From Felis catus (lineage: Eukaryota), in contig NC_058368.1 in NCBI RefSeq assembly GCF_018350175.1, positions 64,234,001-64,298,000 of the forward strand: a stretch of 64,000 nt of DNA, read 5' to 3'. The notes beneath the pieces are model-generated. The model was given only the letters and a program-made list of their open reading frames with translations. It ran no database searches and was not told the DNA's origin. Shown piece after piece: positions 49,745 through 61,769 of the stretch. The position numbers were made by a program, and so were the translations under genes. Position 1 is the first letter of the stretch, and the number at the start of each line of letters is the position of its first letter.

Positions 49745-50695
49745 CTATTTTAAAGGTGAAGTTTACGTACACAACTAACCATATACTATGTGATCAAGGA
49801 ATTACACTTCTTCATGGTTGCTCAAAAGAATTGGAAACGTGCATCCACACAAAAACCTGTACGTGTTCTTAACAGCTTTATTAATACTAGCCAGAACTTG
49901 GAGGCAGCCAAGATGTCCTTCAGTGGGGGAATGGATAAACTGTGGTACATCAGGAAAATGGAATATAATTCAGCATTAAAGATAAATGAGCTATCAAGAA
50001 ATGCAAAGATGTGGAGGCACCCTAAATTCATATTACTAAGTGAAAGAAGCCAATCTTACAAGGCTGCACACTGTGTGATTCCAACTATGTGACATGAGCA
50101 ATAAGCAAAATTATAGAGACAATAAAAAGACCAATAGTAGGGGCGCCTGGGTGGCGCAGTCGGTTAAGCGTCCGACTTCAGCCAGGTCTCTGAGTTCGAG
50201 CCCCGCGTCGGGATCTGGGCTGATGGCTCAGAGCCTGGAGCCTGTTTCCGATTCTGTGTCTCCTTCTCTCTCTGCCCCTTGCCCGTTCATGCTCTGTCTC
50301 TCTCTGTCCCAAAAATAAATAAACGTTGAAAAACAAATTAAAAAAAAAAAGACCAATAGTAGCCAGGGTTTAGGGGGAAGAAGGGAAAAATAGATGGAGC
50401 ACAGAGGGATTTTAGGGCAGAGAAAATACTGTGCATCGTAGTATAATGATGGAAACATGCCATTATACATTTGTCTAAAACCATAGAATGTGTAATACTA
50501 ACAGTAAACACTAATGTAGCCTGTGGACTTGGGGAATCAATGGAGGTTCACCAAACATAGCAAGTGTCCCTCTCTGGTGGGAGATGTTGATAATGGGGGA
50601 GACTGTGTAGGGGACAAGGGACATGTGTAAAATCTCTATATTCCCTGCTCAATTTTGCTGTGAGAGTAAAACTGCTCCAAAAATATCTGTTGATT
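49745..50695 (+). mobile_element. L1MC-type 3' end, interrupted by a young SINE
   Basis: ORF 49790..50092 gives a degenerate L1 ORF2 C-terminus (DKLWYIRKMEYNSALK...LSERSQ); 3' UTR 'ctcaattttgctgtgagagtaaaactgctc'. Confidence 0.88.
50140..50345 (+). mobile_element. Young felid SINE with a short internal deletion
   Basis: TSD aaaaagaccaatagta; CpGs intact. Confidence 0.97.
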
Positions 50696-51971
50696 ATAAA
50701 AAGATCAGATTTGTTGTTTGTAAAATGCAAATATAAAATATCAAAATGGATTTTTAAAATTCTAATAATAATAATTCTTAATAGCTAACCAACATCATAA
50801 AAACAAAAGCTAATATTTATTTAGTGATACTCAATTACAGAGCCCAGCTCTATTTTGGGGATTTTCTATGTATTAACTTATTTCACCTTAAAACTCTCTG
50901 TGATACCTATTATTGTTTTCCTGTTTGGCACAAATACTTGAGTTCTTTGCCCAAGGTCACAATAGTTTCAGTTAGCATGCTGCACTGCCAGAATCAGAGC
51001 CAGGCAATAGGACTTCAAACAAGAATAATAGAATAGTCTCAGCAAATTGTGCATGAGTAACTCCATGCCACATTTTTAAATGTTTTGAAAATCCTTTTGC
51101 TTATGTGGGAGAAATTGAAAATCACCAAAAAGACAAGAAGTATCTTTGGAAAGGGCATTTCCAACTATTGGTCTAAATACCTGAAGAAGCAAGTAAAAAA
51201 AAAAATAGCATTCATTTATACGCTTCATGTAAAGCAAACTTTATTCTATTGTACTTTTGAAAGGACTACCAATATATGGAATTTTACAGTAAAGTGATAG
51301 GCTTTATGGAAGAGGTACACTGGACAATATATAAAGTAACATTGTTTCTAATTATAGTTGTGTCACCAATGTCTAGGGGCCTTAAGGACATCTTGGATCT
51401 CATTTTCCTACCATATAAAACCATGAAATTTGGATAAGATGTTCCTAAATTCTATTTTATCTTTCAAATACTATGTTTCAGGGGAGGGCATATTTTTAAA
51501 TAATGGCCATTACTTAGAAAATGTCTTAGGTATAATAGATTTCATTGAAAGCTCTTCTTACTTGGATAAAACCATCGGATAAAGACCACCAGAGAAGCTT
51601 TCATTGTCAAACAGAGTTAGGTTTATTCATTTGCTGAACTGAGCAAGACAGAGAGTATTGTGATGGCTTATTTATAGCTTTGCACAGGTTTCTCTAAAGA
51701 GGAACTTGAAAGAACAGATCAGCCTTAGATTGGCTGTGGTCATGAGGAAGGGCTGTTTACCATTTGGGTATCACAATAATTTTTGTTGAGAAGGTGAGAG
51801 AAATCAAGCAAAGCTTGAAAATCATTGGTTGACAAAAAAAAAAAAAAAAGCAAGAATCACTTGTGTGATGTTGGCCATGTTCCATTAGAAATATCATTAT
51901 TTTAGGTTCTATTAGGAACATCACAGTTTTCCCTATACTCAAAATGATACAAATAAGACAAATTAACTGAG

Positions 51972-51972
<1 letters not shown>

Positions 51973-52006
<34 letters not shown>
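51973..52006. repeat. (CA)17 microsatellite
   Basis: Read directly. Confidence 0.97.
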
Positions 52007-52009
<3 letters not shown>

Positions 52010-52404
52010 CTGAACAGTAAAATTTCTTTCTACAACAATTAACAGAAGTTTTGATAGGGAAAATAATGTATATACAGTTGTTTTTTCCCCCTGCATTAAG
52101 TGTGTGGTTTGTGTTACATGAAAACATCTTATATCGAGGACTCTACAGTATTGACTATTTTATTAAAGAGGTTTGAAAAATTAATTGAAGATATACCACT
52201 GAGAAATAGTAACAATTTGTTGTAACTCAGTAGATGCTAACAAGTGATATTCTATGATCAGTACTTGCATTACTTAAATATTCATCATTGTCCAGGCATT
52301 GAAGTGGAGACAGAAAAGTTTTTTTTTTTTTATAACAAAAAATTCTGTATGGTTTTTAACATTGGGGAGAAAAAGACCCAAATTGCAAATGATATAAAAA
52401 TTCA

Positions 52405-52782
52405 GTTAAGTTTCTCAGGATCCACATAAGAGTGAAAACATATGGTATCTGTCTTTCTCTGTATGACTTATTTCACTTAGTATAGCACTCTCCAGTTCCA
52501 TCCACGTTGCTACAAAAGGCCATATTTCATTCTTTCTCATTCCCAAGTAGTATTCCATTGTGTATATAAACCACAACTTCTTTATCCACTCATCAGTTGA
52601 TGGACATTTAGGCTCTTTCCATAGTTTGGCTATTGTTGAAAGTGCTGCTGTAAACATTGGGGTACAAGTGTCCCTATGCATCAGCACTCCTGTATCCCTG
52701 GGGTAAATTCCTAGCAGTGCTATTGCTGGGTCATAGGCTAGATCTATTTTTAATATTTTGAGGAACTTCCACACTGTTTTCC
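52405..52782 (-). mobile_element. Felid L1, inverted 5' segment (ORF2 C-terminus)
   Basis: ORF 52415..52774 (WKFLKILKIDLAYDPAIALLGIYP...CTPMFTAALSTIAKLWKEPKCPSTDEWIKKLW...HMFSLLCGS*) is the L1 ORF2p C-terminus. Confidence 0.97.
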
Positions 52783-53007
52783 TATGTGGATCCTGAGAAA
52801 CTTAACAGAAGACCATGGGGGAGGGGAAGGAAAAAAAAAGTTAGGGAGAGAGCCAAACCATAAGAGACTCTTAAAAACTGAGAATAAACTGAGGGTTGAT
52901 GGGGAGTGGGATGGAGGGGAGGGTGAGTGATGGGCATTGAGGAGGCCACCTGTTGGAAGGAGCACTGGGTGTTTTATGGAAACCAATTTGACAATAAATT
53001 TCATATT
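52783..53007 (+). mobile_element. Felid L1, non-inverted 3' UTR segment
   Basis: Starts tatgtggatcctgagaaacttaac (end of ORF2), G-rich 3' UTR, AATAAA at 52993-52998. Confidence 0.95.
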
Positions 53008-54733
53008 TTAGAAAATTGAAATACCACAGCATTCTCAAATGAAATGAGTACAAGCAATGCAAATGACTAAAAGTAGCAAGAAATAGCCTTGAGAGAAAGA
53101 GATCTAGAAAAGGGGACAGTAGTAGCAATGTATGAAGATAGTTGTGTAAATGATGTTTTCTGTTTTTCCCTTCCTTTGAATAAAGTAAATGGTTTTAAAA
53201 GAAGCAGCAGGAATTAGGGCTAAGAACAAAGCAAAATAAATTTTGATTTTAAAGACTCTGACCTATGGAGATAGATTTGGAGGGTGAATGAAGCATCCCT
53301 TTCCTTGGATTGAGTGGAAGACTGAACCAGACAGCTGATAACCTGTATTTGATGGATTCAGCCCTGCCTCTGGACACAAGGGCTTTCAGATCCCATGCTG
53401 CTGTCATCTGAATCATGTGGATTACCAGAGCCCCAAGCCTTTCGGAAAAGGTCAACTGTTGTTTCAAATTGACTTCTTAGCTCAATTTAATTTTATTCAT
53501 TTTAGTTCAACTTCAGCTTTCACTGTCAATTAGAGCCAAGGTATAACAGCTAGCAGGCGACAAAAACACATGCAAAAAAAGGAAAAGAAGACACTGTTTT
53601 GTCTCAAACTGGAAGGTCTGTACATGAAAGTGCCACACCATTAGGTAGCCAAGAAAGAGCTCCAAAACTTGGGTAATTCTATAATCTCTCAGTATGTGAT
53701 GAAGGCAAACTCAGTGTGATAATTGTCACCTGGTGGTGGTCAAGTCTGATTTAATGGATTTGCATTTCCAGGGTGGCTGTGTTTTCTTCTCTCCAGTCAT
53801 GGTCCTGATAAGGAACTGCTAGTTCCAACCATGGAAGAGTACATTTCTAGATAGGGACTTTCTCCTGGGCCAAGGGTATAACAAATAACCAAGTCCCCTA
53901 GAAGAATTTCCAAATGACCTTCCCCCTTAAGTGTCTTTAGTATCTATTTTTAAAGAATCTATGTGACTTCTAAAACCATGTTCAAATATCTTTGAGGTTC
54001 AGAAATCCACATTCCTCGATGATGCATTTCCTTTATGCAGAAAATCTTTCATTTAGGCATAGACTTTTATGTCAAAAATAGTGTTAGAAGAAACTACTAA
54101 AAGAGAACAGAAAAGGAAATCATTAAGATCAAACACTGGTACTTTGAAGATGAACTTTGAAAACTATACACCCTTAAATATGGAATAAACTTTGAATTTC
54201 TTACCTTTTATTCTGTATTAGCCTGAAGTTTTTGTCTGCATCTTTTTTTTCCTTGTGGGGTGTCAAGAGACACATAAGATTCACAATCTGCCTTCTAGGG
54301 GTATTTTTGCCCAGGAAGCAGTTAAATATAAGACTTAGACTGAGTCATCCAGTAATAGTTCTAAAGAAAAGGAGCATATTTATTTCATAATTTGAAATAG
54401 TATACTTGTCATTAGTGGAAAAAAATCAAAAGCTTCTTCTTATTAAGAAGTACATTATGTTTACTTACTTGACTTAGGCTATGGACATATGGCAGTCTGT
54501 TATTTGAGTACACTTTTCAGCATTTTGGAAGGCTGGCTTATGAACATGATTGGGGATATTTTTTCTTAATAGAAGATATTCATTTTTAAATGTAACTTTT
54601 AGTAATATGTTTCTCTGGCACTTATTCTTGTGTTAGAGTCAACATCATGAAATATTACAATGGAGATAACATCAAGAGAAAATTTTCAAATAAATCTTCC
54701 ACCATAGGAAGATGGCTGAATGCGCATATTTAA

Positions 54734-54946
54734 TTTTTTTTTTCAACGTTTATTTATTTTTGGGACAGAGAGAGACAGAGCATGAACGGGGGAGGGGCAG
54801 AGAGAGAGGGAGACACAGAATCGGAAACAGGCTCCAGGCTCCGAGCCATCAGCCCAGAGCCTGACGCGGGGCTCGAACTCCCGGACCACGAGATCGTGAC
54901 CTGGCTGAAGTCGGACGCTTAACCGACTGTGCCACCCAGGCGCCCC
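54734..54946 (-). mobile_element. Very young felid SINE
   Basis: 17-nt TSD tgaatg(c/t)gcatatttaa; CpGs intact. Confidence 0.98.
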
Positions 54947-55739
54947 TGAATGTGCATATTTAAAGTAATTTTTAAAATGACTTCTGTTTTGAATTTCTAA
55001 TGCCCTCCAAAAAATGCATGCATAAATGGTGGGGCTGAGTATTAATTTATGAATATCATCAAAGATTTGTATTCTGATGATGTTAATTATATTTCTTTTA
55101 AGACTTTACTTCCTATATCCACAAAGCAAGATTTTCTATTAATATAGAATACTTGATTACCAACCTTCCCATAGCTTCACATGTCACAGTTTCTATCAGA
55201 AGCAATTGTTTTCCGAAACCAGAGTTAGCAATGTCTGTGGTGAATTTTTTTTTCCTATTTTCTTTGGATGCAGAATGAGAAAAAATGAGATACACATGTA
55301 GCAGGAGGGACAATATTAAAAACTTTAAAATTCTAAAACTTAAGAAATATTTTAAAGTCAAGAATTGTAATTTTGGAGCCATATTACAGTCTAGCAAATT
55401 GCTTTTATGATCCCCCTAAGTCAGTAGCCCCTCATGCACTGACTATGTGAAAGCTACTGTAGGCAGTGTTATTCTTCTCAAATCTGCTACCATGACACGA
55501 ACTCTCTAACTACTATCCCATCAGATGGGAACTTCCTCAGATTTGTTCCGCAAGATATTCCGACTCCATTCCTACTCTTTCTCTTCCTCTTTCCCTTTTG
55601 CTAAACAACAAAAGTGCCCTATATCCTATCTAGGGCCACTTCTGTGTGCTGTATGCTCTCCCCAATTGCATCTCAGACAGCTTGCTATTATAGGTTATGT
55701 CTATTTTTTCTCTTCTATTCTAATAAAGCCTACCTTTAA

Positions 55740-56560
55740 AAATGTTTTTTTCAAGTTTCTTCTATTTAAAAAAAATCAGTAAATGTAATGCTTATATACG
55801 TATATACCCACATGTATACACAGGTACCCGCATTTGTGTTCCTAAACCCATAATCTCCTTTACTGCCCTTTATAGCTCTCTTCTGTCACAACCAGACTTC
55901 CCGAAATAGTTGTCTATATTCAGAGTTACTGTTCCTCACATAGGTTGCTCCTCAATCCATTTTCCCTTCTCAACTGAGTATGGATTACCAAAGTCATCCA
56001 TCCCCTGTAGTCTGCTTTCAGTTTTGTTTCATTTGTCCACTCCCCAGAATTGGCAATGTCAACCTTCACTTTTTTGAAATACATTTTTCTTTGGCCCACT
56101 AGTTACTGTTGGGGTTCCTATTGGATATTCCAACTTTTTCATTCTGTGTTTTTCCTGAGCAATATTATTCTCTTTAGTGGGTAATTGACACCTATACATT
56201 CTCAATTCTATGATTTCTTCTGAAACTCAAACATGTATAATTCACCACATCCATAACTGAGCTGTTTCTCTATTACCCCCATCCTGAAACCTGCCTCCTA
56301 TCTTAATGGCTATTACCATCATTCACTCAATTTTACAAGGGAACATTTTTGAGCCACCAGTTTTGGGTGTCCACTCCCGTCTGCTCCCAAATCTTCCCAA
56401 CCCCATAGCACCTATTAGCAAAATTTAAAATGGCAGCTCACATATTTGTACTTATAATAGATAATAAAATCTGTGTATTTCTTGTTACCATGTAGTATTA
56501 ACGGCTCTTAGATACATGACTGTACTTAAAATTATTCCTCAATGAATGGAGGAATGGATA
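55740..56560 (+). mobile_element. Degraded L2 fragment(s)
   Basis: Pyrimidine-rich L2-like body ending in an 'aatgaatgga' tail; boundaries approximate. Confidence 0.5.
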
Positions 56561-56562
56561 CA

Positions 56563-56632
56563 TGGGTAGATGGCTGGGTGGCTGGGTGTCTGGGTGGCTG
56601 GGTCACTAGGTGGCTGGATGGCTGGGTAGCTA
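56563..56632. repeat. Degenerate 8-mer tandem repeat (TGGCTGGG)n
   Basis: tggctggg tggctggg tgtctggg tggctggg tcactagg tggctgga tggctggg. Confidence 0.9.
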
Positions 56633-57949
56633 GACAGAAGGATGAGAAGGGAAGTGCTTGTGTATGAATTGGGAAAAAGAACACAATTTCTAGTTTAAAG
56701 TAGTGAGATCCAGTTGAGTTGTATTATCACCCTAATGTACATGGAGAAAATGGCCCTAAAGGAGAATGTAGAAAACACAGCTATATAGGAATCGTTAGGG
56801 TATGAGTTCTGAAATGAATTTAAAAAGGTTTGTAAAACCGTAGGATTGTTCACAGGACTGAAAATAGCAAACAAAACATAACCTTTGAGTTGACTCTTAG
56901 CTGAAACTTTAAATTCAGTTTTGGGAGATCTGAGAAGTAGAATCAATTTTGACTAGGGGGGAAAATAAGGTGGTTTAAAAAAAAAGGAGGATGTCTCTTA
57001 GTAGATGTGAAATTTTTCATATGCTTTATAGTCATAATAAATTTTATGTCTCCCTTGTTCATCTCATGCTTCTTTCATTTAACTGACATGTCACCTTGAA
57101 AATATTTTCTGAGAAAGAAGGAGCTTTTACAAAAAGATGGCTCTTCTCATTACTTAAAAGAGATACTATCCTACATGTTGTTTGAAAAGGTTTGCTCACT
57201 GCTATTTTAGTTCCACTGAAACCTAAAATGTGCAACATGATATCTAAAGCTAATTTTTCCACTTCTGGCAGTGTAATGCTAGGTTATTAAGCAACACTAA
57301 AGCAATTAAGATCCATTTTTGCCCTTTTTCTCTCTATATTAAAAAAAAAAACTAAGAGTTTTCTTTTCTAAAAAGGGAAAAATTTAAGCAATTATTTACA
57401 TTTAACTATACCTATTCATAAAAATGGAAACACATTTGTGGTTGAAGCAGCAAAACTTTGGTTCTAATTACCTGTAGTCTGTATCGCCGCCAAGACTTAT
57501 TTTGATTAAAATTAATTTCTTGGTTATTGATGGAACTGGTATGTAAAGCTTATGCGAAAGGAAAATCCTGTGTTGCCTACATGCTGTGGTCTGTGCACCG
57601 AATGTGAGTTCAGTTAAACCCCTGTTTAATTTGAGAATTAGTAGATATTTTCAAAATAGGATTATTTATGTTAGAAATATAGGTCTGCTTCTTTCACCAG
57701 GGTTATTATTACATTTGTTTGGTTGCCTACTTTTCTTTTTTGCTTAGATCCATTGATTCCGCGATTTTGTTGGAAGTGAAGCCCTTCAGGCTGGAATATG
57801 GCTCTTGGCACAATATTGGTGCTGCTTTGACCTCACTTCCTTTTCAGGCTGTATTGCCATGTTGCTTCTGTTCATGTGCAATGTGCCTAGAGCACACTGG
57901 GAAGTGTGGCTAACTTCTAAATAAGCCCTTTACCCAAGTTCTTCCTTTT

Positions 57950-57972
57950 TAAAAAAAATGTTCGTTTATTTT

Positions 57973-58003
<31 letters not shown>

Positions 58004-58178
58004 CAAGTGGGTGCACATGAGCGAGGGAAGGACACAAAGAGAGGGAGAGAGAGAATCCCAAGCAGCATCCAAGCTTAGTGTGGAGCCCAGTATGGGGTTC
58101 GATCTCATGACCATTAAATCATGACCTGAGAGGAAATCATGAGTTGGATGCTTAACTGACAGAGCCACCCAGGCACTG
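57950..58178 (-). mobile_element. Can-SINE (older subfamily)
   Basis: TSD cccaagttcttcctttt (57933-57949, 58179-58195). Confidence 0.95.
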
Positions 58179-58415
58179 CCCAAGTTCTTCCTTTTAATGG
58201 AATACCCTTCTGTCCTAATTTCTTATTGAACTGTTCTGATCTTTTTTTTTTCAAGAATCTGTTTAGTAAAGTCTTCCTTGATGCCTTCAACTAGAAGTCA
58301 TTTCTTCCACTAAAACGCAAAGAGCAAAAAGTCATGTCTTGTATGTCACTTTTCATATTCTATATTACATCATAATTATTTATGTAAATAATCCTTTTCC
58401 CTTACTAAGATTCTT

Positions 58416-58636
58416 TTTTTTTAATTTTTTTTTCAACGTTCATTTATTTTTGGGACAGAGAGAGACAGAGCATGAATGGGGGAGGGGCAGAGAGAGAGGG
58501 AGACACAGAATCTGAAACAGGCTCCAGGCTCCGAGCCATCAGCCCAGAGCCTGACGCGGGGCTCGAACTCACGAACCGCGAGATCGTGACCTGGCTGAAG
58601 TCGGACGCTTAACCGACTGCGCCACCCAGGCGCCCC
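58416..58636 (-). mobile_element. Very young felid SINE
   Basis: Perfect 18-nt TSD tcccttactaagattctt. Confidence 0.98.
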
Positions 58637-59565
58637 TCCCTTACTAAGATTCTTAATGAAACAGTAATTACCTTTATTTTGAGTCAATAAATATTTGGAG
58701 AATGTAGGACACAATATCTTTGGATACTCCCATACTTGCTGATAAGATTCAGTTTCACTGTTAAGAAGGTAATATATATTTATGTGTATATGTATGTGTA
58801 TAAAACATGAAATATAAAAGCAAAGATTTAAATAACTCATCTATTACTTAATTCATATATTTGTCCATTCATGCATTTACTTATTTACCAACTATTGACT
58901 ACTCTGTTGAGCACTGTGCTTGGTGCCAGGAATAAACAACAGCATAGTAAAAAAAAAAAAAAAAGTGTTTCTCTTCCTCAAAGAGCTTAAAATAGTAGGT
59001 CAAAACAAAACAAAAAATAGAAATGTCATAGAATGAAGAATGCTATACAGAGTTAAGCACAGAGTATGATGGGAATACCACACTGAATAACTTTGAAAAA
59101 GGTCTCCCTCTGAGTTTTATTTTGTTTGTTGGTTTGTTTTTCATTGAAGTATTCTGGAAGCATAGACCATTTTATTTTATTATATGTTGTAATATTAGTA
59201 AAATATTTATGTTCCCTTGTTTCCAGATTTAATGTTCACCTTATATGTCTATGTCTATATCTGTACATATATCTGTCATCTATATCTATACCATATCTTG
59301 TATCTATAAATATATAAAACCAGCTAACAGAAGGCTTGGCACATAATTGGAACTCAATGTTTCTCTTCCTTTTCTGATTCTAGATAGTTTTGAAATTTAG
59401 GAGTGATTCTAAAAAACTTGAGGAATGTTTGCATAAGACTATGTGAGATAATTATGATGCTTACGTGCTGTAGTCCACATATCTAAGAGTTAAATTGCTT
59501 GTATCTTTCTCCTTCAATAATTGTCCTGCACCCTTTTAGAAACCTTCACTGAACTCTTGGCAGAA

Positions 59566-59584
59566 AGGCCACTAGATGGGGCTT
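59566..59584 (+). promoter_or_regulatory. Candidate CTCF site
   Basis: AGGCCACTAGATGGGGCTT fits the CCASYAGRKGGCRS core except at one conserved C. Confidence 0.3.
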
Positions 59585-60021
59585 GTGTGCTTAGTACTTT
59601 AGCAAAATATACTTTTAGTTAGTTAGTTTTTTTTTTTTTTAATTCAGAAAAACTTCTCTTTAACCTATCCTATTCTTTATTAAATGTAATGCTGTAAGGA
59701 ATTCTTGTTAGAAATCTTTTCATGTTATCAAGTGTGCAACATAACTGTGCACTTGCAAACATGTAATATTCCTCAAAGCAAAGAAAACAAGTCTCTTTTC
59801 CACCAGGCACATTTCTCTTTTTAGAGGTTCTTTAGATTTATCTCTTTAGATCCCATTATTAATATAATAGTTCCTTCTAAAACTGTGCCTCTTCATGTTA
59901 TAGAATCCCAGATAGTGTACCTTGGAAGCACTAGTTCCTACTTTTTAGGGCCAGACAAAGGCTTTACCGTAAATTACAAAGTTTGTCCCTTATCTATCAT
60001 TAATGCTAGTTTCCTGCAAAA

Positions 60022-60212
60022 CAGTGGTTCTCAGACTTTAACACCTTTAACATGTGTCAGCATCACCTGGAGGTCTAGAAAAATTCAGATTGCTGGGCTA
60101 TACTCCCAGAATTTCTGAAACAGTAAGTCTGGAGTGGAACCAATGACTCTGTGTTTTCAACTGGTACCCAGATATGTTAATACCATTGGTCTCAAGACAC
60201 CTTTGTGCCACC
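60022..60212. mobile_element. MER5A-like hAT DNA transposon
   Basis: 'cagtggttctcagactt...cagcatcacctggagg...cagattgctgggc...cagtaagtctggagtgg'. Confidence 0.85.
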
Positions 60213-61133
60213 CTGAAATATTCATCTCTCTGGACACCAAGACCTGGATAAAGACAGAAATAAGGGGTGTTCTTTTCATTGTATTCATGCTCCTAAACAC
60301 TAGGTAGCCCGATCTCTAACTTAGATAAGACTCAACTTCATCACCAGCCGAGGGGGTACTGCTCTGTATCTTTTAGCGACCAACAGCTAATACTCATTTT
60401 TTTTAATGGAAAGTTTTACCCAAGACACTAAGACTGTGGATTCTCATTTTCCCTTAGCTCATTGACTTTTGGATTTCTGAGTCTTTCCTTTTTCCATTTT
60501 TCTCTATCTTACCTCCCAGCTGCAAGGTTCCCCCATCCAGCCCCCATCTTTCTAACCTTCTTCCCAAATGTCCAGATGAAGGCGAGTCCCTCTCTCTACA
60601 GCCTTACCTCAGGCCCTAGTTTAGTGATTCCTGACCTACCACCTACCACACACGATTGTATCTTCACTTTACCCTTCCTGGAGACCTAGTTATGCACTAG
60701 TTCTTTATGTTCTATATCTCGAAGCAGGTCGCTCAGTTCCACACCCATTTATTTCTGATTACCCATCCCTTCATCAGTTAGTAACTACAGATGATTCCAG
60801 ATACCTCCTCATTGAGCCATTTTGGCTACAGTGGTAAACAAGTAAGGCACGACCTCCGTCTTTTGAGATCTCCATCACTGTTTTGATTGCTCTGTCTCTT
60901 TTAGATTTTGAACATCTCTTGTCACCACCTTGTTTTCTATCTCAGTGAATGTCTTGGCTTACAGGCTCCCTGCTTCTGAAAACACAAACGCCCTGGCTTT
61001 TGTGTGGCATCTCAAACTTCTATCTTTACTTGTTGTTTCTAGACTTTTAAGTCCACGTTGCCTCTGGCAACCTGAGCACCCTCTTCTTGCCTGATTTTCA
61101 TCCTCCCTGCTGAGCTTTGACACCTTCTTTGTT

Positions 61134-61356
61134 TTTTTTTTTAATTTTTTTTTTCAACGTTTATTTATTTTTGGGACAGAGAGAGACAGAGCATGAACGG
61201 GGGAGGGGCAGAGAGAGAGGGAGACACAGAATCGGAAACAGGCTCCAGGCTCTGAGCCATCAGCCCAGAGCCTGACGCGGGGCTCGAACTCACGGACCGC
61301 GAGATCATGACCTGACTGAAGTCGGACGCGTAACCGACTGCGCCACCCAGGCGCCC
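61134..61356 (-). mobile_element. Very young felid SINE
   Basis: Perfect 15-nt TSD gacaccttctttgtt. Confidence 0.98.
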
Positions 61357-61559
61357 GACACCTTCTTTGTTAATATCATGATAATGCCTTAAAATAAATG
61401 GTTTGTATCTTCAATGGTATTTTAGCATACCCCATTTCATTTGGTTTACCATTTCAAATGATTAGCCTATCTTTATGGAAAACCAACTGTCAAGCACTTT
61501 ACCTTTATATAATGTTTATATTCTTGTAATTTCATGAATTCCTTAAATCTTAGCTTATT

Positions 61560-61769
61560 TTCTTTAAGTTTACTGATTTATTTTGAGAGAGACAGAGACA
61601 GTGTGAATGGAGGATGGGCAGAGAGAGAGGGAGACAGAGAATCCCAAGCAAGTTCCCCATCGTCAGTACGTAGCCTGACTCCGGGCTCAGACTCACAAAA
61701 CCATGAGATCATGACCTGAGCCGAAACCAAGAGTCAGACGCTTAACCAACTCAGCCACCCAGGCGCCCC
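61560..61769 (-). mobile_element. Can-SINE
   Basis: TSD aaatctta(g/c)cttatt. Confidence 0.95.

Noticed and set aside
52415..52774. 119-aa ORF with clear protein homology
   Set aside because: C-terminal fragment of L1 ORF2p in a truncated, inverted insertion; no promoter or true start.
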